From an uncultured virus (IMG/VR IMGVR_UViG_3300043395_001428) (taxonomy: Duplodnaviria; Heunggongvirae; Uroviricota; Caudoviricetes), in IMG/VR virus record IMGVR_UViG_3300043395_001428: DNA of 20,000 nucleotides; one strand, written 5' to 3'. The notes beneath the pieces are model-generated. The model did no database searches. It saw nothing but the letters and a program-made list of their open reading frames with translations, and was not told the DNA's origin. How positions within the stretch are numbered: the stretch's first letter is position 1; the number at the start of each line of letters is the position of its first letter. This document shows, piece after piece, positions 16,547 to 20,000 of this stretch. The translations under genes and the position numbers were made by a program.

Positions 16547-17308
16547 TCAAGTAAAAAATAATGAAGATTGTGGTTCATAACTTTCAATAGTTCGATTAGC
16601 TACGTCCACGTATTCCCCATCAATCTCCGAACCTAGCCAATCCCTATCTAGTTCGATACACGCCTTTGCTACTGCACCACTTCCCATAAATGGGTCATAC
16701 ACCAAATCTCCAACATTAGAACTTGCCTCGATAAACCGTTTCATCAGTTCTACGGGCTTTTCAGACGGGTGATATTTATTACCGATGTAGTTAGGTATCT
16801 CGAATACAGTCTGTTCGCCAAGATTGTTGACCGACCGCGCAGGACGTTTAGACAACATTAAGATAAACTCCCCATTTTGCATAAAATATTTGTTTGGTGT
16901 GGCATTATTCTTTTTCCATACCAACAAATTCTGATACACAAATCCAACTTTTTCGGCTTCTATCTGCAAGTCTTTCAGATTACGCCCGTTAATCATCACA
17001 TAAGCGTGCGTAGACGGTTTTAAGACGCGATAGCACTCAGGTAGCCATTCGTGGAACTTAATGTCGTTGTGAGCGAACATAGCCCCATCTTTGACCGCAC
17101 TAGGACGTGATGCGTCGGCTTTTAGCCACTTGTTTGAGCAATTTGTTCCATCTGACGTGGTTTTGAATACACCACCTAGATTTTCCACTGTAATGCCCCC
17201 TGCAACAATCTTGTACGGGCAATCGGTCACGATTAAATCTACAAAAGCATCAGGCATCCGTACCATTGTATCTAATGCTGATTCGTGATGTATTTTATTC
17301 AACTCCAT
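16547..17308 (-). CDS. DNA methyltransferase, N4-cytosine/N6-adenine, beta class (no partner restriction enzyme visible)
   Basis: Motif IV DLIVTDCPY precedes HPSEKP and motif I YDPFMGSG. Also has RVLKP and GSEID. Confidence 0.93.
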   Translation of the reverse strand: MELNKIHHESALDTMVRMPDAFVDLIVTDCPYKIVAGGITVENLGGVFKTTSDGTNCSNKWLKADASRPSAVKDGAMFAHNDIKFHEWLPECYRVLKPSTHAYVMINGRNLKDLQIEAEKVGFVYQNLLVWKKNNATPNKYFMQNGEFILMLSKRPARSVNNLGEQTVFEIPNYIGNKYHPSEKPVELMKRFIEASSNVGDLVYDPFMGSGAVAKACIELDRDWLGSEIDGEYVDVANRTIESYEPQSSLFFT

Positions 17309-17373
17309 CGTGGTTACAACCTCTCGAACTCACATTACCCACCAACTCCGCGTCATTCAACTCCGAAATTGTC

Positions 17374-17490
17374 CTACCTATGCCCCCTTTTCCTCACTAT
17401 CCTTGCTATCTGCCGACACGATTCACTGCATATCTTGCTTGATATGCCTGTTTCATAGGAGCGTCCGCATTGAACGCAATATTTTTTCAT
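17374..17490 (-). CDS. 38-aa Zn-ribbon microprotein
   Basis: Not in the ORF track. MKKYCVQCGRSYETGISSKICSESCRQIARIVRKRGHR, with CxxC...CSxxC. ATG overlaps the upstream stop (ATGA) with a GGAGGT RBS. Confidence 0.65.
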   Translation of the reverse strand: MKKYCVQCGRSYETGISSKICSESCRQIARIVRKRGHR

Positions 17491-18143
17491 CGTTTATACC
17501 TCCATATCCCAATGCTTTCACCTACTTGTCCGTTGCTTTCCACGCTAATCTGTGTCCACTCGCCCCCTTTCCATATCGGCAATGGCTTGCCTACTATTTC
17601 GGAGAGGGCGTCAAACGCTCCTGTGCCACCGATTACCTTATCACCGTAAACTTCACTTTCATCCCATATTAAATGGTAATCGAAGTCACGATATTCAATC
17701 CTCGGCACGGGTTTTTGATCTATCGCTTCACGTAATACAGACAATGGAATGTCAAAATGCAAACTCGCATTCTCATCTAATGTAATATCAGCACCTTTGA
17801 CTGAGACATTCAATCGACCTTTTTCCGCTTTCGCTACACAATGATTATTCCATAAATCTATCACCAAAAGCTGTAGTTCTGTTTCCATTTGTGTTTCCTG
17901 TCCATTAAATACCTGATACAAATTCTCAGAGGCTTTGATGTAGCCCTCCCCGACAAGCGACTCGTAGGTGCGGGTGCAGGGGTTGTCGGCTCGTGCTAAT
18001 GCGTGCTTGTAGTGCCAGTCAATAGGGCGTTTGCAGTCAGGGCACAGATTAGGGCATTTGATGTGTTGCCCTGTTATTGGGCTAGTTGCAAAACCTATCC
18101 AAGATTCAACGCCAATTGGCTGATGACATTTTTCACATTTCAT
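17487..18143 (-). CDS. Hypothetical protein with Cys/His-rich N-terminus
   Basis: 218 aa with CEKC...HIKC..LCPDC. GAGG RBS and ATGA coupling. Confidence 0.7.
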   Translation of the reverse strand: MKCEKCHQPIGVESWIGFATSPITGQHIKCPNLCPDCKRPIDWHYKHALARADNPCTRTYESLVGEGYIKASENLYQVFNGQETQMETELQLLVIDLWNNHCVAKAEKGRLNVSVKGADITLDENASLHFDIPLSVLREAIDQKPVPRIEYRDFDYHLIWDESEVYGDKVIGGTGAFDALSEIVGKPLPIWKGGEWTQISVESNGQVGESIGIWRYKR

Positions 18144-18391
18144 TTCGTTTCCTCGCTGTCTATCGGATAGGTCACGGTTGTTTTACCGCCTACCAATCCT
18201 TGCTCGTATAACTGTTTAAGGCTCGGTATCGTCACTTTGTCGCGGATAATGGCTATTTGTTCTTCTTCAGTCAAGGGTTCGACATTTTCCACTATCGAAC
18301 GTCCGCCCCACGCGGTTTGCTCACCGCATTGCGGACAAATGCCTTCCCCACGCCACGAACATTTATGTTGCCAAAAGATTTGGTCGCTCAT
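18140..18391 (-). CDS. Small Zn-ribbon protein
   Basis: 83 aa with HKC...CPQCG. GGAG RBS and ATGA coupling. Confidence 0.7.
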   Translation of the reverse strand: MSDQIFWQHKCSWRGEGICPQCGEQTAWGGRSIVENVEPLTEEEQIAIIRDKVTIPSLKQLYEQGLVGGKTTVTYPIDSEETK

Positions 18392-18573
18392 TTCGTTTCT
18401 CCCGTAGTACAGGGCTGTTCGTTCCGCTTTTTATCTAAGACAGCTGTCGTCAAAATCTGTTTGATTTTATCTGATAACGTCATAAAATTATCCGCCTTTG
18501 CCCATTCCATCAATGCGACTTTTAGCTGATTCGGGACGTAAGCTCCGATAAATACACCTTTTCTTTTACTCAT
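18388..18573 (-). CDS. Ribbon-helix-helix (Arc/MetJ-like) DNA-binding protein
   Basis: Likely start at ATG 18573 with GAGGAG RBS. GVFIGAYVP (strand), NQLKVALMEWAKAD (helix), MTLSDKIKQILTTAV (helix). Confidence 0.65.
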   Translation of the reverse strand: MSKRKGVFIGAYVPNQLKVALMEWAKADNFMTLSDKIKQILTTAVLDKKRNEQPCTTGETK

Positions 18574-18767
18574 CCGATTATCTCCTCGTCCAACCCACCG
18601 TGTTCGCACCCACTTATGGCGTGCTTGGTCATCAGTTCTTGGATTTCCGCACTTACCAATATCGCGTAGGACTCAGCGAGAAGTTTTATGTCAGCAGGTG
18701 AGTGTACGTAATCTTCATTTCCAATGATGTCCTTTAATATCGCGTCTTTTGCTTCTTTTATGTCCAT
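18570..18767 (-). CDS. Small hypothetical protein
   Basis: 65-aa ORF in the tightly packed operon. Confidence 0.6.
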   Translation of the reverse strand: MDIKEAKDAILKDIIGNEDYVHSPADIKLLAESYAILVSAEIQELMTKHAISGCEHGGLDEEIIG

Positions 18768-19226
18768 ATTTGTGCTATAATCAATCAGTTATTTGACAAT
18801 TTCCGCCATATTACATCAGTTAAATCACACGTCACTGATTCGTGGCGGATTCGGAGTTCTTCCTGTAAAACAGCGTTAAATTTCTCGGCCTCGCTCGTAG
18901 GACACAAGGTATTGATCCTGTCTCTCGCAAAATCCGCCAAAATCGCTGTGTACATATGCACTATCTCGTGCACGACTTGAGATTCCTGCGCCGCGTCTTC
19001 CTCTTGCAACCACCCAGACGAAAAATCTAAGCAGATAGCACGATAATCATAGTTCACTTTTATCGCGATGCGTTCCCCATCCACTTCCGCATCCCATAGA
19101 TTGCAATGTACATTTTGTACCCAACTAGGGATCATCCATTCCCATTTAGTTAAATACTGACTAATCTTGTGCTTGTGGTCAGGACGAATATTCTTGTTAT
19201 ATGTAACGTGCATTTGTGCTATAATC
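18768..19226. repeat. 15-bp exact direct repeat ATTTGTGCTATAATC (18768-18782 and 19212-19226)
   Basis: Read directly. The two copies flank the HExxH gene. Confidence 0.85.
18785..19213 (-). CDS. Putative zincin-like metallopeptidase
   Basis: 142 aa with VVHEIVH (HExxH) and a downstream HES that may supply the third-ligand Glu. Confidence 0.7.
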   Translation of the reverse strand: MHVTYNKNIRPDHKHKISQYLTKWEWMIPSWVQNVHCNLWDAEVDGERIAIKVNYDYRAICLDFSSGWLQEEDAAQESQVVHEIVHMYTAILADFARDRINTLCPTSEAEKFNAVLQEELRIRHESVTCDLTDVIWRKLSNN

Positions 19227-19588
19227 TAGTCTTGTTGGTCTTTGAACTGTATCGCAATGCGGTCATACTGATGCACCCATTCGTGACCATTTGCTAATAT
19301 ACAACGGTGACTTCTGCCATTGATGTGATAGATGGTTGAACATCTTGGGGTTCGTTGATACTCCCCTACTGAATTTATACCGTGTTCAGGGTCGCCACCC
19401 AATCTTATAGGTATGCGTTCCCCCTCGACCGTCCACCGCTCTCGTAGCATCTCCAGATAGCGCTCGTTCTCTTTCTCTTGCCAACTCATCGGGCAAGTTA
19501 CGTGTTCGCCACCGTTTTCTCCGTAGTTTTGATTTTCGGTTATATTCATCAGTTTTCCACATTTACCGCAAGTCGTATGCGTTTTCAT
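19226..19588 (-). CDS. Cys/His-rich hypothetical protein
   Basis: 120 aa with CGKC...HVTC and C...HRC....H..VH clusters. Confidence 0.7.
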   Translation of the reverse strand: MKTHTTCGKCGKLMNITENQNYGENGGEHVTCPMSWQEKENERYLEMLRERWTVEGERIPIRLGGDPEHGINSVGEYQRTPRCSTIYHINGRSHRCILANGHEWVHQYDRIAIQFKDQQD

Positions 19589-19626
19589 AATCCCTTTATT
19601 CCCTTGACTTTATCCCTCTTATCCTG

Positions 19627-19878
19627 TCAAGCGTCAGGCACAGAATATTCCTCAGCCTTCTGTGAACGTAACCGATTCACCTCTTGCATATGGGAATCAA
19701 ATGCTACCTCAAACCATCTGTTAAAACACGGGTCGCAACACTCTACATCCCCACCATAGTCAGTGACACAAATTGCAAACCACACACTTACATCATCCAC
19801 CTTCCCAATAATACGACGAGGCTGACTGTCGTGCCACGGCATCTCTTTACTACATAAATCACAGAAATGCTTTATCAT
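19627..19878 (-). CDS. Small Zn-finger protein
   Basis: 83 aa with FCDLC...CCDPC. GAGGAGG upstream. Confidence 0.7.
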   Translation of the reverse strand: MIKHFCDLCSKEMPWHDSQPRRIIGKVDDVSVWFAICVTDYGGDVECCDPCFNRWFEVAFDSHMQEVNRLRSQKAEEYSVPDA

Positions 19879-20000
19879 TCCCCCTCCTCTGCCAACTCCA
19901 TTACCCCGTATGCACTAAGACTCATCTCAGTCGCTACACCATTCTTCACCTCATTCCACTTCCTGTTCCCACACCTCGGACACACAAGAGGAGGCTCAGG
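19875..20000 (-). CDS. Zn-ribbon protein, C-terminal part (start outside the window)
   Basis: ...PEPPLVCPRCGNRKWNEVKNG...EEGE*. Stop overlaps the next ATG. Confidence 0.6.
   Translation of the reverse strand, partial: PEPPLVCPRCGNRKWNEVKNGVATEMSLSAYGVMELAEEGE

Noticed and set aside
2115..19759. Numerous plus-strand ORFs in the track (e.g. 7910..8428, 9646..10011, 14803..15147, 17310..17672)
   Set aside because: They lie antisense to well-supported, tightly coupled minus-strand genes and have shadow-like composition.
1..20000. CRISPR array, tRNA/rRNA, integrase, DGR or stop-codon reassignment
   Set aside because: I saw no regularly spaced repeats, cloverleaf, recombinase or reverse transcriptase motifs. 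Genes pack tightly under the standard code, with TAA, TAG and TGA all used as stops.

Overview
This window is a segment of a tailed dsDNA phage or prophage (Caudoviricetes), almost entirely encoded on the minus strand. Reading right to left it contains: a cluster of small accessory genes (several Zn-ribbon proteins, a HExxH metalloprotein, a ribbon-helix-helix protein), a beta-class N4/N6 DNA methyltransferase, a 756-aa large terminase, small ORFs, a large P22-like portal, an acidic scaffold, the major capsid protein, head-completion and adaptor-type genes, and the start of a beta-rich tail gene cut off by the left edge. Two free-standing HNH-superfamily endonucleases of different subfamilies are inserted in the structural operon. 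Three observations stand out. (1) Both endonucleases share one leader architecture: own promoter, hairpin, RBS hairpin, and a near-consensus antisense promoter in the first codons, predicting small cis-antisense RNAs in a SymE/SymR-like layout. (2) The large terminase appears to carry a second, catalytically degenerate nuclease domain, and no small terminase is recognisable next to it. (3) A terminator-like leader hairpin with compensatory base changes occurs twice, in front of the portal and scaffold/capsid units. All protein calls come from motif recognition and gene order; no database search was run.
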